The notes below the pieces were generated by a model that was given only the letters and a program-made list of their open reading frames with translations, was not told the origin of the DNA and did no database searches. The translations under genes were made by a program, and so were the position numbers. A stretch of 64,000 nt of DNA from an uncultured Gemmatimonadales bacterium (lineage in GTDB: Bacteria > Gemmatimonadota > Gemmatimonadetes > Gemmatimonadales > GWC2-71-9), in assembly GCA_963795085.1 (NCBI GenBank), contig CAWCFX010000001.1, positions 736,001-800,000 of the forward strand. The letters are read 5' to 3'. Shown here one piece after another: positions 28,713 to 37,525 of the stretch. Position 1 is the first letter of the stretch, and every line of letters starts with the position of its first letter.

Positions 28713-30053
28713 TCACCGCTCGTCGGCGATCTCGACCGCATTACGGCCGCTGTTCTTCGCCTTGTAGAGGGCGACGTCGGCCGAGGCGAGGAGCGAATTG
28801 ATGGTGGCGCCGTGGCGGGGCGCCGCGGCAATGCCCAGGCTGACCGACTGGCGGCCGAACTCGGGGTGCGCCGATTCCAGGTTCCGGATGTCGGCCAGCA
28901 CCCGTCCCACGAAGACCATCGCCTCGTCCGGCGAGGTCATGGGCAGGATCACCAGGAATTCGTCACCCCCCAGGCGGCCCACCGCGTCCAGGGTGCGGCA
29001 CTGCTGGCGCAGGATGTCCGCGATCAGGACCAGCAGCCGGTCGCCGCCGGCGTGGCCCAGGCTGTCGTTGACCTGCTTGAAGCGGTCCAGGTCCAGCAGC
29101 ACGATGGTGGTGGTGAGCTGGTGCCGGGTGGCGCGCGAGATTTCGGCGTCCAGCCGCTGTTCCACCGCCCGCCGGTTATAGAGCCCGGTCAGGGCGTCGG
29201 TCGTCGCGGCGCTGTGCAGCTGTTCGACCAGCATGGCGTTCTTGAGGGCGATCGCCGCCGCGAACGAGAGGGTGCCCGCCAGCTCGAATTCCGAGGGGCC
29301 GTAGTTCTTACCCGAGATGCGGGAACCCAGCGCCAGCACCGCGAGCCGTTCGGTCCCGGCTTCGAGGGAGATCAGGATCCTGGTCCGGGGGTCCACCTGG
29401 GAGGCCAGCGAGATGTCGTCGGTCCGCACCACGCCGCTGCCCACCGGGAAGGCGGTATCCAGACGGGCCCGGTTCAGGGGGGCCGGCTTGCCATCTTCGT
29501 TGAGGGCCCGGAAGGCGCGGGGAACGTACTCGTCGGCGTCCGGGCGGTACAGGCAGGCCCACCAGGCAAAGAAGACTTCGGCGATGAAGTCCATGACCAA
29601 CTGTTCGGTCTCATCGGTGGAGTGGACCGACGAGAGCAGCCGGGTGACTTGCCGCAAGGCCCGCAACTGGAAGGTGGCGCTGTCCAGGGCGGCCTGCCGC
29701 TCGAGGAGGACGGCCCGAAGCTCCAGGACCACCGACAAACCCAGGGCCAGGGGCACCGCCACCCCCCGCATTTCCTGGGCGACTTCCGGCTCGGCCCAGA
29801 CTACGACCTCGGTCTCGCCGCTCTTGATCCGGGCTGCCTCGACGGCGCCGGCGCGGCCCTCAGCCGTCCCCACGTTGCTGACGGTGCCGCCGATGCCGGT
29901 GATGACAAACCAGATCTGGTCACTATGAAAGCGGCGAACCAGGGCATCCCGGCACCGCTCGAATAGTTCAGCATCTGATCGTGAATCGCGGCAGGCTGCG
30001 GCGAAAGCGCTGGGCAGCGTGGCCAGACGGTACTGCGAGGGTGAGAGCTCCAT
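28713..30053 (-). CDS. Sensor (GAF-like) diguanylate cyclase
   Basis: TDALTGLYNRR, DLDRFKQVNDSLGH, I-site RTLD, GRLGGDEF, ALYKAKNSGRN. Confidence 0.93.
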   Translation of the reverse strand: MELSPSQYRLATLPSAFAAACRDSRSDAELFERCRDALVRRFHSDQIWFVITGIGGTVSNVGTAEGRAGAVEAARIKSGETEVVVWAEPEVAQEMRGVAVPLALGLSVVLELRAVLLERQAALDSATFQLRALRQVTRLLSSVHSTDETEQLVMDFIAEVFFAWWACLYRPDADEYVPRAFRALNEDGKPAPLNRARLDTAFPVGSGVVRTDDISLASQVDPRTRILISLEAGTERLAVLALGSRISGKNYGPSEFELAGTLSFAAAIALKNAMLVEQLHSAATTDALTGLYNRRAVEQRLDAEISRATRHQLTTTIVLLDLDRFKQVNDSLGHAGGDRLLVLIADILRQQCRTLDAVGRLGGDEFLVILPMTSPDEAMVFVGRVLADIRNLESAHPEFGRQSVSLGIAAAPRHGATINSLLASADVALYKAKNSGRNAVEIADER

Positions 30054-30248
30054 TGGATTGGGCAATATAGCTAGGGATGTAGGGTAGGGCGAGACAGCAG
30101 GTTAGCTCGGTAGGCCGGGGTGCAGCCCCAGATTGGCAGGGATCTTGCTTATCTGTGAGCAACGAGTTATAGTTGTGGTCAGAACATAGCCCCTCGGGGC
30201 CCCAGGGGTTAGCCTTCCAGCCTGGGTGATGAAAACTGAAAGGTCATG

Positions 30249-30281
30249 AGTCCCGGATCAGCCACTGGCTGGCCGGGATTT
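30249..30281. terminator. Hairpin downstream of the Omp85 gene
   Basis: tcccgg-a-tcagcc-act-ggctgg-ccggga; U tract weak. Confidence 0.4.
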
Positions 30282-30299
30282 GTATTTCCAGCCCCTCCC

Positions 30300-32909
30300 C
30301 TAGAACAGGAACCCGGCCCGGACGTAGACGCCGGTGCGCTCCTCGCTGTTTGCCACGGCGACCGTGACGGTGTTGGCCGCATTGAGAAATCCAATGGACA
30401 GGCCCCCGCCAAAGCCAGTATGCCATTCGTCGGAGGTCTCGCCCTCCACGTAGACCCGACCGATATCGGCCAGACCGAACACCCCGACATTTGCCGGCAC
30501 CAGGATCGACATGCGGACCAGGTGGAGCCGCAGCTCGGCATTGCCGAACACCGCCGATTCCCCGGCGAACCGCTGCTCGTCCCAGCCTCGCAGGGTACTC
30601 CGGCCCCCCAGGTAGGCGGCTTCGTGAAACGGCGCATCGCCGAAGACTTTCTCGCCGCCGGCTCGGAGCGCCAGGGTGGGCCGCAGGGGAATCGACGCGC
30701 TCAGGTAGGTGGCCAGGTCGCCCTGTACTTTGCCGAAGGCGGTCTCCACGTCCCAGATGCCGGGGTAGGCCGTTCCCTGCAGGTTGAGCAGGATGCCCCG
30801 CCGGGCGGCGGCCGGCACGTCCCGGGTATCCAGGGTCAAGCCGAGCCGGGCTCCTACCTGGCCGAACTCGCCGGCGCCGTAGAGACCGGGCAGCGTGTTG
30901 ATGAAGCGATTGTCGTTTTCGTCCAGCCGGCTGAACTGGACTCGGGGGCCCCAGGTCATTGCCATGCGGCGCGAGAAGGGCACCGTGATGGAAGGCTCCA
31001 GCAGGAACTGGTCCTGCTGAACCTTGAAGAAGTCCCGGTCGCCGTTATTCACGGTCTCGTTGCCGAAGCCGTAGAACCGGAGAATCTCGATGCCAGATGC
31101 CCGGGCCAGGATATTGGTATGGACGCCGGAGTTCTCCCAGCGCCATTCACCCCGGAATTCCGCCCGGAAGGTGCTGGCCGACGTGGCGTAGCCGAAGCGG
31201 TACAGGTGGCGGCTGGCGTAGGGGTTCTTTCGGAACCCGTAATCGGTGCTGCTGAAGCCGCCGCCGATGAAGAGTCCAATGTCCGGGCTGATGGAGCTCC
31301 ACAGGCTGGGGCTCTTGTAATTGCCCCAGTCCCGCGGCGGCACCGGGGTGGTGGTATCGGGGCGGGTGTACTCCCGGGACCGGATGTCGCCGCCATGCCG
31401 CGCGACCAGGGTGGTCTTGTCGCCGGAATCATAGAGCCGGATCCCGCCCGCATCGGAGGAATCGAGAACCGCGTCTCTCCCCCCGCCGCCGATCACCCGG
31501 ATCTTGAGTTTTCCGCTCCCGTTGCCGCGTACGTAGACACTGTCGTCCCCGCCGTGGAGGTAGATCCGGACTTCGTGGGTGTCGTCGTCCCGGTATTCGC
31601 GGCGGGCCTGCCCGATCACCACCGGCCGGCCTCCCACGGAGTCCTTCCCCTCGATCAGTACCAGGACATTATCGCGGTCGGTCGACGTCCCTCGTGTAAT
31701 GGTGACCCGGTCTGCCCGGTCCGTGGCATGGATATCGGGCTCGGTGGCGAGGTACTGGTAGAAATCCTCCGCCATTTTGGCCATGTCGTCCCGCCGGGCT
31801 CGGAGGTTCGCGGCCAGCTCCCGCCCGCTGATGCGGTACTGTTGCACCGGGAGGGCCTGGACCGCGGAATCGATGACCGCGTCGGTGATCCGGCGCTGCA
31901 GGTCCTTCGCGACTGAATCGAAGACTGGGCGGTCCACGGCGGCCAGCAGCTGGCGGTCCAGCTCGCGCCCGTTGAAGGTGGCCCCGACCATCCGCGGGTA
32001 GCCGGACCCGAACTTGACCAGCTGGGGTCGGGTCTGCCGGGCCACCCAGAGCAGGAATCCATCGTACCTCACGAAGACCTGGTCCCGGTCCTCGGGGACC
32101 GGAATCCAGGGCGTCGCCGGCTCGTCGGGGCCGACCCGGGCCCACCGCCACTGGCCCCGGTGCCGGTCCCAGTCCCCCATGAACACGTCCATGAGCCGGG
32201 CCTTGAGGTAGGCGGTGGTATCGATGTGCTCGGCGGGACTCTCCTCCAGGTGCTCGAGCAGCTTCTCCATGTCGATGACCTTGGTGGCGTTTTCGACGCC
32301 GGGGGTGCGGGTCGCGCCTTCGTTCACGTGCTCCTCCAGCAGCCCGAGCATGCCGGCGAAGGTGCGGCGAAACTCACCCAGCCGGGGATCGTCCGGCATC
32401 ACGAACAGCATGGGGGAGGCATGGACAACCCCCGCCGCCGTGAGCAGCCGGTCTGAGACCAGCGGGCCGGTCGGGTGGGCGGCGCTGATCTGGTCCTGTA
32501 CCAGGTCGTCGGCAAAGGTGCCGCGGAGGTCGGGCGGCAGCACGGCGGAGGGATCCTTGTCCACCGAGCGGAAATTGAACTCCCGGCCGTCCGGTGCCCG
32601 GAACCGGAGCGACTTGGTCTGTTGTCCGCCGCCCTGCTTGACCGGCGTGAGGCCGCCGGCAAAGGTGCCGAGGTCCAGGATGTCCACCTTGGTGGGGGTG
32701 GTCCAGAGGTCCCGGTAGTCCGACCCGAAGAAGGTCCGCCAGATCCCTCCCGCTTCGTACTGGGGGCTGGGCGCGACCAGGGCCCAGGGGGTGGTATCGT
32801 TCTGGGCCGCGGCGGGGGTGGCCGGGACCGGCAGCGTTCCCAGGCCGGCGAGCAGCAGACTGCCGGGGAACCGGCGCCAACCGGATGGACGGGCAAAGGC
32901 GAGGGGCAT
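30300..32909 (-). CDS. Omp85/BamA-TamA family outer-membrane barrel with N-terminal atypical kinase-like domain
   Basis: Signal peptide (PAAA-Q); GGGQQTKSLR, DVFMGDWDRHRGQW, IPVPEDRDQ; barrel motifs LGGRSTLRGW..RFAG, GNAELR, ADIGRV; terminal beta-signal VRAGFLF. Confidence 0.85.
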   Translation of the reverse strand: MPLAFARPSGWRRFPGSLLLAGLGTLPVPATPAAAQNDTTPWALVAPSPQYEAGGIWRTFFGSDYRDLWTTPTKVDILDLGTFAGGLTPVKQGGGQQTKSLRFRAPDGREFNFRSVDKDPSAVLPPDLRGTFADDLVQDQISAAHPTGPLVSDRLLTAAGVVHASPMLFVMPDDPRLGEFRRTFAGMLGLLEEHVNEGATRTPGVENATKVIDMEKLLEHLEESPAEHIDTTAYLKARLMDVFMGDWDRHRGQWRWARVGPDEPATPWIPVPEDRDQVFVRYDGFLLWVARQTRPQLVKFGSGYPRMVGATFNGRELDRQLLAAVDRPVFDSVAKDLQRRITDAVIDSAVQALPVQQYRISGRELAANLRARRDDMAKMAEDFYQYLATEPDIHATDRADRVTITRGTSTDRDNVLVLIEGKDSVGGRPVVIGQARREYRDDDTHEVRIYLHGGDDSVYVRGNGSGKLKIRVIGGGGRDAVLDSSDAGGIRLYDSGDKTTLVARHGGDIRSREYTRPDTTTPVPPRDWGNYKSPSLWSSISPDIGLFIGGGFSSTDYGFRKNPYASRHLYRFGYATSASTFRAEFRGEWRWENSGVHTNILARASGIEILRFYGFGNETVNNGDRDFFKVQQDQFLLEPSITVPFSRRMAMTWGPRVQFSRLDENDNRFINTLPGLYGAGEFGQVGARLGLTLDTRDVPAAARRGILLNLQGTAYPGIWDVETAFGKVQGDLATYLSASIPLRPTLALRAGGEKVFGDAPFHEAAYLGGRSTLRGWDEQRFAGESAVFGNAELRLHLVRMSILVPANVGVFGLADIGRVYVEGETSDEWHTGFGGGLSIGFLNAANTVTVAVANSEERTGVYVRAGFLF

Positions 32910-33066
32910 GGGATCGAGCCTCAGGGGTCGCAGTCGGTGACACGGTTGCAGTCTGGAAATCATACTCCGGAGCGAGGCCGGGGCAAGAGACGGCGGTCAC
33001 AATTCGACGGCGTCCCCCTCCCGATGTAAGCTTCATCGGGCCAGGGGTGACGAACCGGGAGCGCAC

Positions 33067-34461
33067 ATGGGTCGAGGCTGGCTGGACCGTCTGCTCAGAG
33101 TCTTTACCGACGTTCGGGAGGGAGAAGGGGCGACCGCTCTGCTCCTCATGCTGAACGTGTTCCTGATCCTCACCGCGTACCTGATGCTCAAGGTAGTCCG
33201 GGAGCCGCTGATCCTGGCCGGCGGCGGCGCCGAGGTCAAGAGCTACGCCTCGGCGGGGCAGGCGATCCTGCTGCTCGTCCTGGTGCCGCTCTACGGCTGG
33301 GTGGCCAGCCGGTTTCCCCGCAAGAAGCTCATCAATATCGTCACCATCGGCTTTGCGCTCTGCCTCCCCCTGTTCTACCTGCTGGCCCGGCTCGACGTTC
33401 CCCTCGGCATTGTCTTCTTCCTGTGGATCGGGGTCTTCAACCTGATGATCGTGGCCCAGTTCTGGGCTTTCGCCAACGACATCTATACCACCGAAGAGGG
33501 CAAACGGCTTTTCCCGCTGGTGGCCTTCGGGGCCTCGGCGGGTGCGGTGGCCGGGAGTTTCATCGCAGGGCTGCTGATCGCGCCGGTGGGCGTGTACCAG
33601 CTCATGCTGGTGGCGGCGCTGGTCCTGCTGGCCAGCCTGGTGCTGACCAACATCGTGGACCGGCGGGAGCGGGCCCGGCGGGAGGGCCACCTCCCGCCGC
33701 CCGACACCACGGCCGAAATGCCGGCGGCCACCACCGCCGAGATGCGGGTGGCCACCACCGGCGAGATGCGGGCGGCGCCGGCGGGCACGCAGCCGGTGCA
33801 GCGGGAGGGCCCCTTCCAGCTGGTGCTCCGGAACCGGTACCTGCTGCTGATCGCGTTCATGATCCTGGTGCTCAACTGGGTGAACACCACCGGCGAATAC
33901 ATCGTCGGGCGGACGGTGAGCGAGGCCGCGGCCACCGCGGCGGCGCGGCCGGGCGCGCCCAGCGAGGAGGTGTTGATCGGGCAGTTCTACGCCGGATACA
34001 CCGGGGTGGTGAACCTGGCTGCGCTGCTGATCCAGCTGTTCCTGGTCTCCCGGATCGTCAAGTACGCCGGGGTGCACCGCGCGATTCTCATCCTGCCGTT
34101 CATCGCCCTGGGCGGGTATCTCCTGCTGGCGGTCTATCCCGTGCTGAGCGTGGTACGGTGGGCCAAGACGGCGGAGAACTCGACCGATTATTCGCTGCAG
34201 AACACCCTGCGCCACATGCTCTTCCTGCCCACCACTCGGGACCAGAAGTACAAGGCCAAGCAGGCGATCGACGGATTTTTCGTGCGGGCGGGGGACGTGC
34301 TGTCGGCCGTCCTGGTCTTCGGGGGGACGACCTGGCTGGCGCTCAGCTCCTCGGGCTTCGCGGCCTTCAACCTCGGCCTGGCGGTGGTGTGGCTGGTGCT
34401 GGCGGTGCTGGTGGGGCGGGAGTTCCGGCGGCGGACCGCGGAGCAGGTGGAAGGGCGATAA
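33067..34461 (+). CDS. Npt1/Npt2 (NTT/TLC ATP/ADP translocase-like) MFS transporter
   Basis: DVREGE, YLMLKVVREPL, AQFWAFANDIY..EGKRLFPL, YSLQNT, KYKAKQAIDGFFVRAGD. Confidence 0.85.
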   Translation: MGRGWLDRLLRVFTDVREGEGATALLLMLNVFLILTAYLMLKVVREPLILAGGGAEVKSYASAGQAILLLVLVPLYGWVASRFPRKKLINIVTIGFALCLPLFYLLARLDVPLGIVFFLWIGVFNLMIVAQFWAFANDIYTTEEGKRLFPLVAFGASAGAVAGSFIAGLLIAPVGVYQLMLVAALVLLASLVLTNIVDRRERARREGHLPPPDTTAEMPAATTAEMRVATTGEMRAAPAGTQPVQREGPFQLVLRNRYLLLIAFMILVLNWVNTTGEYIVGRTVSEAAATAAARPGAPSEEVLIGQFYAGYTGVVNLAALLIQLFLVSRIVKYAGVHRAILILPFIALGGYLLLAVYPVLSVVRWAKTAENSTDYSLQNTLRHMLFLPTTRDQKYKAKQAIDGFFVRAGDVLSAVLVFGGTTWLALSSSGFAAFNLGLAVVWLVLAVLVGREFRRRTAEQVEGR

Positions 34462-34486
34462 GACGGCAGGACGGTAAGACGGTAAG
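34460..34486 (+). repeat. Short octamer repeat (ARGACGGY)x3
   Basis: aagacggc aggacggt aagacggt aag, starting in the TAA stop. Confidence 0.6.
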
Positions 34487-34589
34487 GCTTTCCGGTCCGG
34501 ACTGTCACCGTGCCCTGCACCCGCGGCCGAGTAGACAGGCGAAGCATGCTCTCGGCGATTCTACGCTAGAGCGCGGTACGGGAAACCAT

Positions 34590-36833
34590 TCAGGCTCCTT
34601 TGCTCGCCCGGCGCCGGATTTCTTCCAGGTTCAGCGAAATCGAATCGTTGGAGCGCATCAGGTCCGCGATGATCTCCTCCCGCTCCCGGCCCCCGCTTCG
34701 CCGGGGACGCCGGTCCTCCAGGAACGGCCAGAGCCGGACCCGGACCGGGTCGGGCAGCGCGTTCTCGAGATATTCGAGGGCGGTGCCCCGCAGGTGCTCG
34801 TCGTCGGTAAAGAGACCGCGGAACGCAATCCGGAGCGGTGCCTCAGGGAGCGCCAGGGAGAGCACCGTGAACACGTGCTCCATGCTGCGGCCGGCCCGTT
34901 CCCGCAGAAATTCATCGAGGAAGGGATCCTCGACCCCCTCGTCGGCTTCGCTCAGCAGCCGCTGGCTCTCCCAGATCTGCCGGTCCACCATCACCTCGCG
35001 AAGTACCGCATCGAAGACCCGCTGGCCGGGGATCTCGAGTTCAGGGTGATGCCGGTGCAGTTCGGCCAGCGCCCGCCCGGAGCGGTAGCGCACTTCAAAC
35101 CGGCGGTCCCCCAAACCCTCCAACAGGCCGTTCACCGTGCGTTGCGAGGGGGCCGCCGCCAGCAGCGGCGGAATTCGCCGCCGGATGGCGAACGGCTGGT
35201 CCGGGTCCAGCATCGCGTCGAGCAACTGCCCCACGATGGAGGGCGCGATGGCGCGGAGCGCCTCCGCCGCCGGGCGGGCCACCTCGTCCCAGGCGAGCAG
35301 CGGCACGACATGGGGGACCAGGGCAGGCGTCAGCGTCCCGCGGCCCAGCGCGGCGCGGACCCGCGGCCGGTCGCGGGAGCGCAGGTCCTGGATGGCCAGG
35401 AGCTCGGCGTCGCCTTCCAGGGGCGGGGCGGCAGAAGACGGCTCCGCGTCGATACTCTCCGCTCTGATACTCTCCGCCGATGGTGCCTCCTGGCTCACGC
35501 CCGCCCCGACCAGCTGCCCCATGTCGAAGGTGGTCATGGTTTCGAACCCGGTCGGATGTTCCATGGTCACCGAGGTTCCCTCGCTGTCGAGCGCGGCACC
35601 ATGGGCGATCAGCTTCTTCTCCAGCGCTTCCCGATACCCGCCCTGCAGGTTCCGCGCGACCAGCACCGCTGCCGCCGAGAGCGCCACCGCCAGGACGAGG
35701 AGCGACTGGAACGCGATGGCCGGCACCACCAGCAGGCTGGCCTGGACGATGCCGCCGCCGATCACGTCGCCCAGCCGGACCGAGCCGACGTCCACCAGGG
35801 TCTTGGTGGCCCGCTTTTCGTGACGGCGGATCGGGGTGAAGAGCAGCTCATACCCGGAGCGGAAAAGCGAGTTGTGGAAAACGGCTTCGGCGCCCCGGGC
35901 CAGCGCGATGCTTCCCAGGCCGGGGACCATGAGCGCCCCGATGCCGGCAAGGCCCACCGAACCGGGCAGCACCGAGACGGTACCGGCCAGGCCAAGGCGG
36001 TCAAGGACGGCACGGGTGAACCCGCTCTGCACCAGGAAGGTGAGGAGCGAGACGCCGGTGTAGAAGGCGGCGAAGAACCGGAGCAGCCGTTCGCCATCGC
36101 CCATGCGGAGGACCGCCTGGCCCTTGAAGACAAAGTCCACCAGCCCCTCCGCCACCGTGCACAATACCACCAGGATGACAAGGTGGCGCAGGTACGGCAC
36201 CGTGCCGAGGAGCCGGACGCCTTCCAGGGTGGAAAGTCGCTGGGGAGGGGCCGCGGAAGCGGGCCGGGCCGGGCGGGAGGCCAGTAGCACCCGCACCATG
36301 ACGGTGGCGAGCAGGTGAAACCCGGCCAGCACCAGGAGCATGGCGCTGACTCCCGCCATCGCCGCGGTCCGTTCGGCCAGGACGCCACCGATCACCCCGC
36401 CGATGGTGCCCGCCGCCCCGATCCGGGCGATCTGGCGGCGGGCGCTCCGGGGATCGAACCGCTCGTTGACCATGGACCAGAACCCGGATATCAGCAGTGC
36501 GCCCATCACGGTGAAGTGGAGGTACACCAGGACGGCGACGGCCCGGCCGGAGGGGCCCATGAGGCCCCACTCCAGCAGCAGCAGCACCGTGCTCGCGCCG
36601 AACAGGGAGGGCACGAATCGCCAGGGACCGTGCCGGCTGATATGCCGGGCCGCCCAGAGGACGGCGATGACGGAGAGAATGGAGGAGGTGATCACCATGG
36701 TGGGCAGCATGGTGAGGGGAAAACTGGACAGAAACAGCGCGTCCCGGGTCGCCTTGCCTCCGACCTGGAAGGCGATCATGGCCGCCGAGGCGGCGGCCGC
36801 GGCGACTACCGCGGTCCGGCGGGACTCGGCCAC
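34590..36833 (-). CDS. NTT/TLC-like MFS transporter fused to C-terminal HEAT repeats
   Basis: KATRDALFLS, SGFWSMVNERFDPRSARR, RSGYELLFTP, KTLVDV; HEAT-like LGDRRFEVRYRSGRAL, DEHLRGTALEYLEN. Confidence 0.82.
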   Translation of the reverse strand: MAESRRTAVVAAAAASAAMIAFQVGGKATRDALFLSSFPLTMLPTMVITSSILSVIAVLWAARHISRHGPWRFVPSLFGASTVLLLLEWGLMGPSGRAVAVLVYLHFTVMGALLISGFWSMVNERFDPRSARRQIARIGAAGTIGGVIGGVLAERTAAMAGVSAMLLVLAGFHLLATVMVRVLLASRPARPASAAPPQRLSTLEGVRLLGTVPYLRHLVILVVLCTVAEGLVDFVFKGQAVLRMGDGERLLRFFAAFYTGVSLLTFLVQSGFTRAVLDRLGLAGTVSVLPGSVGLAGIGALMVPGLGSIALARGAEAVFHNSLFRSGYELLFTPIRRHEKRATKTLVDVGSVRLGDVIGGGIVQASLLVVPAIAFQSLLVLAVALSAAAVLVARNLQGGYREALEKKLIAHGAALDSEGTSVTMEHPTGFETMTTFDMGQLVGAGVSQEAPSAESIRAESIDAEPSSAAPPLEGDAELLAIQDLRSRDRPRVRAALGRGTLTPALVPHVVPLLAWDEVARPAAEALRAIAPSIVGQLLDAMLDPDQPFAIRRRIPPLLAAAPSQRTVNGLLEGLGDRRFEVRYRSGRALAELHRHHPELEIPGQRVFDAVLREVMVDRQIWESQRLLSEADEGVEDPFLDEFLRERAGRSMEHVFTVLSLALPEAPLRIAFRGLFTDDEHLRGTALEYLENALPDPVRVRLWPFLEDRRPRRSGGREREEIIADLMRSNDSISLNLEEIRRRASKGA

Positions 36834-36834
36834 G

Positions 36835-37449
36835 TCATCGGTCCCCGTCCTTCAGTTGGCGGCCGAGTTCAGCCGCCAGGAGCCGCAGCTCGTTGACCAT
36901 GCCGCGTCCCTTCCACTCGGGCCGGGACTCCAGGTTGTCCAGCAGCGAACGGTACCACCAGAGGATCTCTTCCGCGTTGGCCAGGCAGATGGACGACAGG
37001 TACTCCCGCCCCAGCCGCCGCACGTCGGCGATCAGCGAGCCGCAGTAGTGAATCTCGCTCGCGGTGCAGACTTCCAGCGCACGGCTGCCGGCCCGGGCCA
37101 GCTGCCCGAGGTACTCCAGCTTGTACACCGTCCAGGGACGGAGCTGGCCCCGGCCGTCGTGGCGCGGCTCGCAGGCGTCCGACAGCACGGTAATGACCAC
37201 CGATCCGAACTTGTCCGCCACCTTGTGCCGCACCAGGTGCTGGTCATCCGGCCGGGTTTCGGCCAGCACCGGGTGGAGGATCCCGGCGATGATGGTGTGC
37301 TCATCGCAGCCAAAGCGGGCCAGGATGAGCCCGGTGTGCGATGGGTGGGTCAGGTAGGAAAGCCCGGTGCCTTCGCGAGAACGGGGCACATAGTACTTGG
37401 CTGCGAACGCCAGGGCATGATTGATGGGGTCGCTGTAGCCGTGGGCCAT
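36835..37449 (-). CDS. Degenerate HD-domain protein (Mesh1/SpoT hydrolase-like)
   Basis: INHALAFAAK, YLTHP, DEHTIIAGILH, KFGSVV, W..YKLEYL; HD replaced by HP. Confidence 0.78.
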   Translation of the reverse strand: MAHGYSDPINHALAFAAKYYVPRSREGTGLSYLTHPSHTGLILARFGCDEHTIIAGILHPVLAETRPDDQHLVRHKVADKFGSVVITVLSDACEPRHDGRGQLRPWTVYKLEYLGQLARAGSRALEVCTASEIHYCGSLIADVRRLGREYLSSICLANAEEILWWYRSLLDNLESRPEWKGRGMVNELRLLAAELGRQLKDGDR

Positions 37450-37524
37450 GGGAGTGCAGAGTTCAGAGTTCAGAGTGCAGAGTTCAGGGTCCAGAGCACT
37501 CTGCACTCTGCACTCTGCACTCCC
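37450..37524. repeat. Heptamer repeat hairpin: about 7 AGAGT(G/T)C units and 4 inverted GCACTCT units
   Basis: Fills the whole queE-HD spacer; same unit as 15815. Confidence 0.92.
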
Positions 37525-37525
37525 T

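Noticed and set aside
33423..36287. Very long alternative-frame and antisense ORFs (also 11890-14361, 1956-4133)
   Set aside because: Expected shadows in high-GC DNA; Arg/Gly/Pro-rich with no motifs.
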